From assembly GCA_965178125.1 (NCBI GenBank), contig OZ237746.1, positions 744,001 through 808,000 on the forward strand: a DNA stretch of 64,000 bases, in the 5' to 3' direction. Of this stretch, positions 26,001-38,700 are shown one piece after another. Under the pieces are notes generated by a model. It was not told the DNA's origin, did not search any database, and saw only the letters and a program-made list of their open reading frames with translations. Within the stretch, counting starts at the first letter, position 1. Each line of letters opens with the position of its first letter. Position numbers and translations under genes: made by a program. The DNA is from Bilabrum cf. latius (taxonomy: Eukaryota).

Positions 26001-26095
26001 GACTAGGACCATTGGCTCAGCCGACGTGCGGATTCGTCGCGACCAGGCCCAGAATTGAGCAATACCCGCAATCGTCCGCCTGTGGAATCGTCCAT
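23018..26095 (-). CDS. ACOX: Peroxisomal acyl-CoA oxidase (~1025 aa) with C-terminal PTS1 -AKL
   Basis: Motifs GCYAQTELAHGSNV, KWWVGALG, GDIGPKLG...DNGY, ALRYS...REQFG, CRRCCGGHGY, TAEGDNYVLAQQ and WASLAPLN. In-frame TAG at about 26003, 25925, 24725, 23621 and 23330. Ends AKL-TGA. Confidence 0.92.
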
Positions 26096-26216
26096 AATGG
26101 CACGAAATAGTCACTTCAGGGGCATGTGATGGCCCGACGATCCCAGGATCCGGAGCCTTGCCGACGTCCCATCATCCATCATCACGCAGCAAGGATCCCC
26201 GTTAAAAAGGCAAATC

Positions 26217-28750
26217 ATGTCGGATTCAGATTCGAGTGTGCGAGTGCTGGCCGCCCTTGGTGGGCTTGGGGCTGTTTTCGCGATGGGATACGGCGTTCGC
26301 GCAATGCTCTCTGGCTCGAAAGATGATCTGCAGTCTGCAGCTGAGCCCTCCGCGGCTGCTCCGGCAACAAGCAGAGGAGGAGCCGATCGGGATGCAGAGT
26401 TGTAGTAGTTGATTCACGAGGCAGTGACTTGGGCCCGGACGAACGGCCTGATGGTGTGGCGGAGCAAACAGTCCATCCCGCTGCAGCCTGCTCCATTCTC
26501 CTTGTTTCCCCGCCGTGTGAGAAACGATCTGGGTACAAGGCGCCTTTGTACTATGGCTAAGGCCGCATCACACGATTGCATGGATCTCCCATTCAATGCA
26601 TCCTTACAAATCCCCCGCAGATCCCTCGAAAGAGCCTGGTGCATGCCTACGAGCTCGCACCGGATTTCGGGAAACTGGCCACTGCTGCTGCCTACAACAC
26701 TGACTGGCTGCTGGAAACACTAACAGAAGCAGCCACAGCCGACGCCGGATTCACCGGAAAGCTCGCGCGCATCGCCCGCACGGTGCTCGCTCAAAACGCC
26801 AGAAACCCCGTGTCGCTTGCGATCCTCCGCTCCGACTACATGCTGGACGAGCCGGAGCCGAGCACGCCCGGAAGCGCCCCTCCCGCCCCGAGGCTCCTGC
26901 AGGTGGAGCTGAACACAATCGCGAGCTCATTCGCAGCGCTCAGCTCGAAGACCTCGGCGATGCACAGGTACCTGGGGGCCCGATTCCAGCACTCGGCGCG
27001 ATTCGGCTCCGGGTCCAAGTACGGCAAGGCCGTGGGCCCAGCAGCGAGACGAGCGGCCAGCGGTGCCGGGTCCCCGCCCTCTGCAGCGGGTGGCGACAGC
27101 CTCTTGGGGTGTGACGAGTGGAAGTCCATGAGCCCGGCGCAGAGGCGGCGGGGCCTGCAGGTGCCCAATGACGGCGTCTAGCGTCTGGCCGAAGGCATCG
27201 CGCTGGCCAGGGAACACAGCGCGGACCCGAAGGGCATCGTGCTGGTGATTTGCCAGCCAGGGGAGGGTAACGAATTGGACCAGCGGCCGCTGGAGCACGA
27301 GCTGGGGAGCGCGCACGGGATCGCGACCAAGAGGATGACACTGGCGCAGGTGTACGCCTCCGCCACTTTGGACACCCCCCTGAGAGAGGGCGATGGAGGG
27401 GGAGGGGGCCTGCGGCTTCGTGTCCCCGCCTGCAGCTACGACGCACCGTCTGCGGTGCCTTCCGCCACGGGCGGCAACGGCGCCTCCCAGCCCGACCCCG
27501 AGCAAGTCCCCGCCACAGCCAGGGAACACGAGAGCAAGGACTCGGAATCGATGCTTCCTGTCAGCGTGGTGTACTTCAGGGCGGGATACTCCCCCGGCGA
27601 CTACGCCTCCCCTCCTGCCCTGTGCGAGAGGGACAGGCGGCGCCGAGCTGATTCCGGCTCCGGGTCCTCTCATGGGGCGGCGGGGGGGACCGACGGGGCA
27701 GAGGTAGATGGTGGTGTGACGAGTGCGGAGTCTGTCTCTCAGCTGGAGGGCTCTTTCGCCGGGAGCTCGGCAGCAGGCGGCGCAGAGTGGATCGCGCGCC
27801 TGAGGATCGAGCTGTCGAGGGCGGTCAAATGCCCCGACGTGTTCTGGCACCTGGCCGGGGCCAAGAAGGTGCAGCAGGCGCTTGCGACCAGAGAGGCGGC
27901 CGAGCAGCTGCTGGACAGCACCGCAGTGAAGTGCAGCCAGGACCAGGCCGGGGACACGCCCGCCGATGCCGCCTCTCGGCTGAGCGCCGTGTTCGCGGGG
28001 CAGTGGGACCTGGGGCTTCTTGAGGTTGCGACCGGTGCTGAGGAACAAGAGGGAGTGCCGCACTCGTCATCATCTTCATCCCCTGGGGCAGGTGACCCCC
28101 CCTCCGGGGCAGGGGTGAGCCCATCGGCGGGGGGGGGTGCATGTGCAACGGCCCGCGCCGCGACTCTCGAGGCGGCCCGCCGCGCATTGCGGAACCCCGC
28201 CGCGTTCGTGATCAAGCCCCAGAGGGAGGGCGGAGGGAACAACGTGTTCGGGAACGACGTGGCGGTGCTGCTTCGGAGGCTGATGCGGGAATAGGACCTG
28301 CCCCGGGAGAGTGATGGTCCCCCCGCCTCCCCCCCCACCACCCCGGGGGGATCCGACCCCCGCCCTGGGGACGAGTACACGTCGCTCCGGGCCCTGGTGC
28401 TCATGGATCGGATCAGGGCCAGGGAACAGCCGGCCACGCTGGTGAGGGACGGTGTACTCCAGGCGACCGGCGCGCCCTGCCTGTGCGAGATGGGGGTGTA
28501 CTCGTGGGTGGTTGCAACCGGTGGGGGCAGGGTCGGGGCCGGGGGTCCTGGCGCTGGGTCCGGGTCCATTTCGATCGTGCAGGGGGTGTGCGGGCACTTG
28601 GTTCGGACGAAATCGGCGATGTCGGACGAGGGGGGCGTGGCGGCTGGGTATGCCGTGATCGATTCGCCGCTGCTGGTAGAGGAGGGCGAGGAGGAGGAGG
28701 AGGAGGAAGACGAGGAGGGTGAAGGTGAGGAGGCAGAATAGGGTACCTGA
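26217..28750 (+). CDS. GSS: Eukaryotic glutathione synthetase (~809 aa); exons 26217-26516 and 26621-28750
   Basis: Motifs APFSLFP, LRSDYML, QVELNTIASSF, VVYFRAGYSPGDY, AVKCP...LAGAKKVQQ, KPQREGGGNN and RTK...EGGVAAG. Phase-0 GTGAGA...CGCAG intron. In-frame TAG at 26403, 26406, 27179, 28292 and 28739. Confidence 0.95.
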
Positions 28751-29762
28751 GCTTTAGACATATCATGCTGGCCGTTGGGAGTTGCCGCAACGTGGCAGGA
28801 GCACCTGACGGGCCGTCCTGAGTCACGGACCGTCCTTGCTGGCATAACTACACGCAACCGGCCCGGGTTGAATTCTGGGCCAAAGGCATGAGCGCGTGCA
28901 TGCTAGCCTCTCTGAAGGACCGTGAGACGCAGAGACGGTCATGGAGGAGGAAATGGTGGATCCCGGCAGGGGACCCTGATGTGGGACTGGACCGCGCTTT
29001 GTGCCGGGCACATGCTCCGCACCTGTATGCTTTCTCCCTGTGAAGGCATCAGGCTGAGGGCTTGTGGGGGACCACATTGATGGCGAATAAAGGGGACTCG
29101 GCGGTGTAGGCTGAGATTGGGGGGCTTCTGGCCTGAAAGGGTCGGGGGCCTTGTAGTCCTTGTTTGAGGACTCCTCTGGATTCAGGTGATCACTCGAACT
29201 CCTTCGGGGGCAACGGTACATCTGGGTGCTTGTGGAATCTTTACCCAACAATGTATTTCTGTATTTCTGTATTCTGGTTTGAAGCGTGCACGCTGGACAG
29301 GCTGGACTAGTCTAGTTCATTCTGCGCCTTTTCGCCTTAAGTCATGTGAGTTGTGGTTTATGCTTGGGACTGCAATAGATAGTGTCTCTGGAATCTCAAG
29401 CTAGCAATGGGTCATGATGCTCGAAGCCTCAGGCAGCTGCAGGGTGGGGAAGGGCATTGCCTGCACCCGGTGCCGTGCGATTCTTCTCGGCTGCCCCATC
29501 CACCTGCCCAAATGGGACTCATCCGGTTTGATCTTACTGATGCATAAACTCCATTAGTATTGATCAATCACGGATATTGGGCGACTGAGGCCATCCAGGC
29601 CCCGTCCGTCAAGCGGCATGATTTGATCTTTCACCCAAATGATGCGGCTCCTCTCTCGTCTGACCTGGGGGCCGGCGGCAGGGGCTGAATATGCCGGTAC
29701 ATTCAAAATCAGATGCATCGATGGATTGCTTTTTATTTTATTCCATCCGCCAACCATCGCAG

Positions 29763-32700
29763 GTCGGGCTAGTCGCTGCTCGAGGCATCAAAAGACGGGG
29801 ATGAGCCACGCGTGCGTTAGTTGATCGAGCAAGGCACAAGCGTACACTATAGAGACAGTGTGAGCTGAACTGTCACGTGACAGAATGAATAGATTGGGTG
29901 CGGGCCCATGGCCAACAAGTGCACTATTGGACCATAGTTGTAACCTCTGACTCAGGCTCACCCCCTCGTGTTCCAACCTCATTTCTCTATCGATCGCTGC
30001 CTGTGCCGGTGCAATCCTCCATCTTGTATGTGATTTCATACTCTCTCCCACAATGCATCGCAGGAAGGGTGGACTCCTCTCCGTTGGGCCTCCGAGAATG
30101 GCTATGAGGGCATCGTGAAGCTGCTCCTGGATGCCGGGGCCTATGCACGGGCAGTTGACGGAGTGAGTGTGTGCGATGAATTTGGTAGGCAGGTTTTGGT
30201 TGGGATGGATCTATCAGGCGGGATGGGAGAGGGCGAATAGGTCGATGGGCAGCATGGTCGGACAGACGGGGGCAGGGAGGATGCAAGGGGGCCGATAGTG
30301 GGCCTTGATGTGCTTTGCAAGCTTGGAGGTATGCTCGCTGTCCCATTTGTCTAGCTGGCTGCCACTGTTCCTGCCACGTCGAATGTAGTACCGGTCCCTA
30401 TTCTTGACTCAGCGCGGTATGCGCCCCTTTAATTTTCCATCCCGTGTGTGGCCAGCTATCTCTCTTGCACGATGCATCGCAGTTTGGGAAGACTCCTCTC
30501 CATTGGGCCTCCTAGAAAGGCCATGAGGGCATCGTGAAGCTGCTCCTGGATGCCGGGGCCTATGCACGGGCAGTTGACGGAGTGAGTGTGTGCGATGAAT
30601 TTGGTAGGCAGGTTTTGGTTGGGATGGATCTATCAGGTGGGATGGGAGCGGGCGAATAGGTCGATGGGCAGCATGGTCGGACAGACGGGGGCAGGGAGGA
30701 TGCAAGGGGGCCGATAGTTGGCCTTGATGTGCTTTGCAAGCTTGGAGGTATGCTCGCTGTCCCATTTGTCTAGCTGGCTGCCACTGTTCCTGCCACGTCG
30801 AATGTAGTACCGGTCCCTATTCTTGACTCAGCGCGGTATGCGCCCCTTTAATTTTCCATCCCGTGTGTGGCCAGCTATCTCTCTTGCACGATGCATCGCA
30901 GGAAGGGTGGACTCCGCTCCATGGGGCCTCCTAGAATGGCCATGAGGGCATCGTGAAGCTGCTCCTGGCTGCCGGGGCCTATGCACGGGCAGCAGACATA
31001 GTGAGTGTGTGCGATGAATTTGGTAGGCAGGTTTTGGTTGGGATGGATCTATCAGGTGGGATGGGAGCGGGCGAATAGGTCTCTCACTCCGAGCAAGCAT
31101 TACAAGATCGGCCGATGGGCAGCATGGTCGGACAGACGGGGGCAGGGAGGATGCAAGGGGGCCGATAGTGGGCCTTGATGTGCTTTGCAAGCTTGGAGGC
31201 ATGCTCGCTGTCCCATTTGTCTAGCTGGCTGCCACTGTTCCTGCCACGTCGAATGTAGTACCGGTCCCTATTCTTGACTCAGCGCGGTATGCGCCCCTTT
31301 AATTTTCCATCCCGTGTGTGGCCAGCTATCTCTCTTGCACGATGCATCGCAGTTTGGGAAGACTCCTCTCCGTTGGGCCTCCGCGAATGGCCATGAGGGC
31401 ATCGTGAAGCTGCTCCTGGCTGCCGGGGCCGATGCACGGGCAGTTGACGGAGTGAGTGTGTGCGATGAATTTGGTAGGCAGGTTTTGGTTGGGATGGATC
31501 TATCAGGCGGGATGGGAGAGGGCGAATAGGTCGATGGGCAGCATGGTCGGACAGACGGGGGCAGGGAGGATGCAAGGGGGCCGATAGTGGGCCTTGATGT
31601 GCTTTGCAAGCTTGGAGGTATGCTCGCCATCCTCTTCGTCTAGCTGGCTGCCACTGTTCCTGCCACGTCGAATGTAGTACCGGTCCCTATTCTTGACTCA
31701 GCGCGGTATGCGCCCCTTTAATTTTCCATCCCGTGTGTGGCCAGCTATCTCTCTTGCACGATGCATCGCAGTTTGGGAAGACTCCTCTCGATTGGGCCTC
31801 CGCGAATGGCCATGAGGGCATCGTGAAGCTGCTCCTGGATGCCGGGGCCTATGCACGGGCAGTTGACGGAGTGAGTGTGTGCGATGAATTTGGTAGGCAG
31901 GTTTTGGTTGGGATGGATCTATCAGGCGGCATGGGAGCGGGCGAATAGGTCGATGGGCAGCATGGTCGGACAGACGGGGGCACGGAGGATGCAAGGGGGC
32001 CGATAGTGGGCCTTGATGTGCTTTGCAAGCTTGGAGGTATGCTCGCTGTCCCATTTGTCTAGCTGGCTGCCACTGTTCCTGCCACGTCGAATGTAGTACC
32101 GGTCCCTATTCTTGACTCAGCGCGGTATGCGCCCCTTTAATTTTCCATCCCGTGTGTGGCCAGCTATCTCTCTTGCACGATGCATCGCAGTTTGGGAAGA
32201 CTCCTCTCCATTGGGCCTCCTAGAATGGCCATGAGGGCATCGTGAAGCTGCTCCTGGCTGCCGGGGCCGATGCACGGGCAGTTGACAGAGTGAGTGTATG
32301 GGATGAATTTGGTAGGTAGGTTAGCTCTGGACGCATCCATAAGGATCTGGCTTGGTTGCTACTTTGGTTTCAATTCATGTTGCCCGGCCTGGTGACCTCT
32401 TGCTTTGTTTTCTGTGTCGCCACCATGGCCCTTTTTGTTTTTCTTGCATGCGCCGGTCCTGGTTGACCTGCCGTTCTCCCCATCTAGCCACCCGCCTGTT
32501 GGCGATCTGCGCGCTGCTGGCCATGCAGCAAGCCGCCATTCACGTCTCCCTCGTGTCTAACACCTGGAGCCCCTTTCTTCCAGGTTTGTTCTCGCCATTT
32601 ACACTGCACTATTGTCGCCTGTGCCGGTGTCTCTCTCTTGTCCCTCTCCACCTTCTGTCCTCCTGAGCCCACCTCGTCTTCCGGCTCACATCTTCTCCCC

Positions 32701-35700
32701 GTCGCTTCAATCCTGATGTCCGATAACATGTAACAGGATTGGAAGGGTTATCGGCTGGATAGGTTGATGGCTTCAAAGGGCGAGATTTGGCAGAGTTTCG
32801 TAGCGCTTGCTCGGAGTTCAGTCACAAATGTGTAGACCCACCAGTTAATGGTGCTGAGATAGAGAACGACAGGGCATAATACCTAGGGTAGCCTGAGGCA
32901 CCAGCCTCGGAGTCACTTGGTCCACTGTGTCGCCTTCCGCGACCCTTGCCGACACGGCCGGTATGCATGTGTCCCTGCATCCCTCCCTCCATCTTGTATG
33001 TCAATTCCCCCCCTCACCGATGTTGCATTTTTGCGCAGGACAGCAGGACACCTGAGGATCTGGCCCTGCTCAACGGTCATATGGCAGTCGCCGACCTGCT
33101 ATGGGAGGCAGCTGGCAGGGGCAAGAGAGACATGCGGAAGGTGCTGTTTGGGACGTCCGTGGCCGGGAACGAGTCCCGGGTGCGTCGCTTAATCGGGCAA
33201 GGGGTAGATGTGAATTATATTAGCGGTGTGAGTATGATTGCAGCGTGGCGAGAAAGGCTAGCTTATGGGCCCATAGGTGGGGGAGAAAGAAGACTCCCAG
33301 GACGAGCTCTTTGGTTCCCGTGTCCAACATCTAGTATCGGTCCTTCGTCTCATCGTGCCCCTTCCTCACCATGCGTTTTCCTCTACCTGCCCCATTTAAT
33401 TCATTGCTGAATGTGCCCTTGAGCCGCTATAAAGAGTACCTGAACCCCTTTTTTCCTTGAACGATGCATCACAGGACAATTAGACTCCTCTCCATTTGGC
33501 CTCCAGGAATGGCCATGAAGGCATCGTGAAGCTGCTCCTGGATGCCGGGGCCGATGCACGAGCATTAGACAGTGTGAGTGTACGGAATGCATGTGATAGG
33601 CAGGTGGTGATTGAGCTGGATCCATCAGGCCGCGGGATGGGAGCGGGCGGATCTGTCGATGGGCAGCATGGTCGGACCGACTGGGGCAGGGAGAATGGAA
33701 GGGACCAGGAGTGCGGCTTGCGGTGCTTTGCAAGCTTGGAGGCATGCTCGCTGTCCCCTTTGTCTACCTGGCTGCAACCTTCCTGCCGCGTCCACTCTAG
33801 TTGATTCAGCGCGGCATGCGCCCCATTATCCTTCCATCCCTTATGTGACCCGCTGTATCCCTCGCACGATGCATCGCAGTTGAAGGAGACTCCTCTCCAT
33901 TGTGCCTCCAGGAATGGCCATGAGGGCATCGTGAAGCTGCTCCTGGATGCCGGGGCCGATGCACGGGCAGCAACCGATGTGAGTATATGTAATGGATTTG
34001 GTCGGCAGGTTGGATTGGGATCGGTCTATTAGGCGAGATGGGAGCGGTCGATTCTGGCGATAGTCAGCATGGTCAGACAGACGGGGGCAGGGTGGATGGA
34101 AGGGACCAGGAGTGCGCCTTGCGGTGCTTTGCAAGCTTGGAGGCATGCTAGCTGTGCTCGTCGTCTAGCTGGCTGCCACCGTTCCTGCCGCATCTACTCT
34201 AGTTGATTCAGCGCGGCATGCGCTCCATTATCCGTCCATCCCTTATGTGACCCGCCGTCTCCCTCGCACGATGCATCGCAGTACAAGAAGACTCCTCTCC
34301 ATTGTGCCTCCGCGAATGGCCATGAGGGCATCGTGAAGCTGCTCCTGGATGCCGGGGCCGATGCAAGGGCAGCAAACAGTGTGAGTGTATGCAATGGATT
34401 TGGTCGGCAGGTTGGATTGGGATCGGTCTATTAGGCGAGATGGGAGCGGGCGAATCTGGCGATAGTCAGCATGGTCAGACAGACGGGGGCAGGCAGGATG
34501 GAAGGGATCAGGAGTGCGCCTTGATGTGCTTTGCAAGCTTGGAGGCATGCTGGCCTCCCCCACTATTTAGCTGGCTATGATTGATCCCGCCGCGTCCAAT
34601 CTAGCACCGGTCCCTGTCTTTGTATTTATGGCGGCATGCGCGGCATGCGCCCTTGTATCCGTTTATCCGGGGATCTCGTTTGTCACACTGTATGTCCCCC
34701 CCACGATGTTTCACAGCGCAAAAAGACTCCTCTCCATTTGGCCTCCGAGAATGGCCATGAGGGCATCGTGAAGCTGCTCCTGGAAGCCGGGGCCGATGCA
34801 CGGGCAGCAAACGATGTGAGTGTATGTAATGGATTTGGTCGGCAGGTTGGATTGGGATCGGTCTATTAGGCGAGATGGGAGCGGTCGGATCTGTCGATGG
34901 GCAGCATGGTCGGACCGACTGGGGCAGGGAGAATGGAAGGGACCAATAGTTCGCCTTGATGTGCTTTGCAAGCTTGGAAGCATGCTAGCTGTGCTCGTTG
35001 TCTAGCAGGCTGCCACCGTTCCTGCCGCGTCTACTCTAGTTGATTCAGCGCGGCATGCGCCCCATTATCCGTCCATCCCTTATGTGACCCGCTGTCTCCC
35101 TCGCACGATGCATCGCAGTTGAAGGAGACTCCTCTCCATTGGGCCTCCTAGAAAGGCCATGAGGGCATCGTGAAGCTGCTCCTGGATGCCGGGGCCGATG
35201 CACGGGCAGCAACAGTGAGTGTATGCAATGGATTTGGTCAGCAGGTTGGATTGGGATCGGTCTATTAGGCGAGATGGGAGCGGGCGATTCTGGCGATAGT
35301 CAGCATGGTCAGACAGACGGGGGCAGGGTGGATGGAAGGGACCAGGAGTGCGGCTTGATGTGCTTTGCAAGCTTGGAGGCATGCTAGCTGTGCTCGTTGT
35401 CTACCTGGCTGCCCCCGTTCCTGCCGCATCTACTCTAGTTGATTCAGCGCGGCATGCGCTCCATTATGCGTCCATCCCTTATGTGACCCGCTGTCTCCCT
35501 CGCACGATGCATCGCAGTACAAGGAGACTCCTCTCCATTGTGCCTCCAGGAATGGCCATGAGAGCATCGTGAAGCTGCTCCTGGATGCCGGGGCCGATAC
35601 AAGGGCAGCAGCCAGTGTGAGTGTATGTAATGGATTTGGTCGGCAGGTTGGATTGGGATCGGTCTATTAGGCGAGATGGGAGCGGGCGAATCTGGCGATA

Positions 35701-38700
35701 GTCAGCATGGTCAGACAGACGGGGGCAGGGTGGATGGAAGGGACCAGGAGTGCGCCTTGCGGTGCTTTGCAAGCTTGGAGGCATGCTAGCTGTGCTCGTT
35801 GTCTAGCAGGCTGCCCCCGTTCCTGCCGCATCTACTCTAGTTGATTCAGCGCGGCATGCGCTCCATTATGCGTCCATCCCTTATGTGACCCGCTGTCTCC
35901 CTCGCACGATGCATCGCAGGACAATGAGACTCCTCTCCATTTTGCCTCCGCGAATGGCCATGAGGGCATCGTGAAGCTGCTCCTGGATGCCGGGGCCTAT
36001 GCACGGGCAGTTGACGGAGTGAGTGTGTGCGATGAATTTGGTAGGCAGGTTTTGGTTGGGATGGATCTATCAGGCGGGATGGGAGAGGGCGAATAGGTCG
36101 ATGGGCAGCATGGTCGGACAGACGGGGGCAGGGAGGATGCAAGGGGGCCGATAGTGGGCCTTGATGTGCTTTGCAAGCTTGGAGGTATGCTAGCTGTGCT
36201 CGTTGTCTAGCTGGCTGCCACCGTTCCTGCCGCATCTACTCTAGCACCGGGCTCTGTTCTTGCTTCAGCGCGTCATGCGCCCATGTATCCGTCCATCCCG
36301 TATGTGACCCTCTGTCTCCCTCTCGTACGATGCATCGCAGTACGGGATGATTCCTCTCGATTGGGCCATCGAAAATTGCCATGAGGGCATCGTGAAGCTG
36401 CTCCTGGATGCCGGGGCCGATGCAAGGGCAGCAACAGTGAGTGTATGCAATGGATTTGGTAGTCAGGTGGTGGTTGGGCTGGATCTAGCAGGCGGGATGG
36501 GAGCGGGTGGATCTGTCGATGGGCAGCATGGTCGGACAGACGGGGGCAGGGAGGATGGAAGGGACCAGCAGTGCGCCTTGAGGTCCTGTGCAAGCTTGGA
36601 GACATGCAAGCCTTTCCTTTGTCTCAATGGCTGCCACCGCTCCTGCCACATCCACTCTAGCACCGGGCCCTGTTGTTGACTCAGCGCGGCATGCGTCCCT
36701 TGATCCCCCCATCCCGCTGTCTCTCCCTCCCACGATGCATCGCAGTTCAATGGAACTCCTCTCCATTTTGCCTCCGCGAATGGCCATGAGGGCATCGTGA
36801 AGCTGCTCCTGGATGCCGGGGCCGATGTACGGGCAGCAACAGTGAGTGTATGCAATGGATTTGGTAGGCAGATGGTGGTTGGGGTGGATCTAGCAGGCGG
36901 GATGGGAGCGGGCGGGTAGGTCGATGGGCAGCATGGTCGGACAGACGGGGGCCGGGAGGATGGAAGGGACCAGGGGTGCGCCTTGAGGTCCTTTGCAAGC
37001 TTGGAGACATGCTAGCAGTCACCTTTGTCTAGACGACTGCCACCGTTCCTGCCGCATCCACTCTAGCACCGGGCTCTGTTCTTGCTTCAGCGCGGCATGC
37101 GCCCCTTGATCCGTCCATCCCGTATGTGACCCTCTGTCTCCCTCTCGTACGATGCATCGCAGTTCAATGGAACTCCTCTCCATTTGGCCTCCGAAAATGG
37201 CCATGAGGACGTCGTGAAGCTGCTGCTTGCTGCCGGGGCCGATGCACTGGCAGTAGACGAAGTGAGTACGTGTTAAGGATGCGCTAGGTAGGTTAGGTCT
37301 GGACGCATCCATCAGGAACTGGCTTGGATGCTACATGGCTTCCAATTCATGCTGCCCGCCCTAGTGACCTTGGGCTTTATTTTTTCTGTATCGCCACCAT
37401 GGCCTTTTTTGCTTTTCTTGCATGCGCCGGTCCTGGTCGACCTTCCATGCGCCTCATCTATCCTCCCGCCCGTTGGCCCTCTGCGTGCTGCTGGCCATGC
37501 AGCAAGCCGCCATTCGCGTCTCCCTCGTGTCTTCCACCTGGAGTCCCCTTTTTCCAGGTTTGTTCTCGCCATTAACACTGCACTATTGTCGCCTGTGCCG
37601 GTGTCTCTCTCTTGTCCCTCTCCACCTCCTGTCCTCCTGAGCCCACCTCGTCTTCCGTCTCACCTCTGCTCCCCGTCGCTTCAATTCTGATGTCCGAGTA
37701 CATGTAACAGGATTGGAAGGGTTATCAGCTGGATAGGTCGATTGCTTCCAAAGGCGAGGTTTGCCAGAGTTTTGTAGCGCTTGCTCGATGTTCAGTAACA
37801 AATGTGTAGACCCACCAGTCAATGGTGCTGAGAAAGATAGCGACAGGGCAAAATTCCTAGGGTAGGTGCCAGCCTCGGAGTCACTTGGTCCACTGTGTCG
37901 CCTTCCGCGACCCTTGCCGACACGGCCGGTATGCATGTGTCCCTGCATCCCTCCCTCCATCTTGTATGTCAATTCCCCCCCTCACCGATGTTGCATTTTT
38001 GCGCAGGACGGCAGGACATCTGAGGATCTGGCCCTGCTCAACGGTTATATGGCAGTCGCCGACCTGCTATGGAAGGCAGCTGGCAGGGGCAAGAGAGACA
38101 TGCCGAAGGTGCTGTTCGGGGCGTCCGTGGCCGGGAACGAGTCCCGGGTGCGTCGCTTAATCGGGCAAGGGGTAGATGTGAATTATCTTAGCGGTGTGAG
38201 TATGATTGCAGCGTGGCGAGAAAGGCTAGCTTATGGGTCCATGGGCGGGGGAGAAAAAAGACTCCCAGGACGAGCTCTTTGGTTCCCGTGTCCAACATCT
38301 AGTATCGGTCCTTCGTCTCATCGTGCCCCTTCCTCACCATGCGTTTTCCTCTACCTGCCCCATTTAATTCATTGCTGAATGTGCCCTTGAGCCGCTATAA
38401 AGAGTACCTGAACCCCTTTTTTCCTTGAACGATGCATCACAGGACAATTAGACTCCTCTCCATTTGGCCTCCAGAAATGGCCATGAAGGCATCGTGAAGC
38501 TGCTCCTGGATGCCGGGGCCGATGCACGAGCATTAGACAGTGTGAGTGTACGGAATGCATGTGATAGGCAGGTGGTGATTGAGCTGGATCCATCAGGCCG
38601 CGGGATGGGAGCGGGCGGATCTGTCGATGGGCAGCATGGTCGGACAGACGGGGGCAGGGAGGATGGAAGGGACCAGGAGTGCGCCTTGCGGTGCTTTGCA

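Noticed and set aside
28823-29251. Pro/Ser-rich minus-strand ORF between GSS and the ankyrin gene
   Set aside because: It has no recognisable motif or clear gene structure. It cannot be supported, though it is not excluded.
31081-31112. 32-bp insertion unique to one ankyrin-array intron
   Set aside because: It has no inverted repeats or clear target duplication and is too small to interpret.
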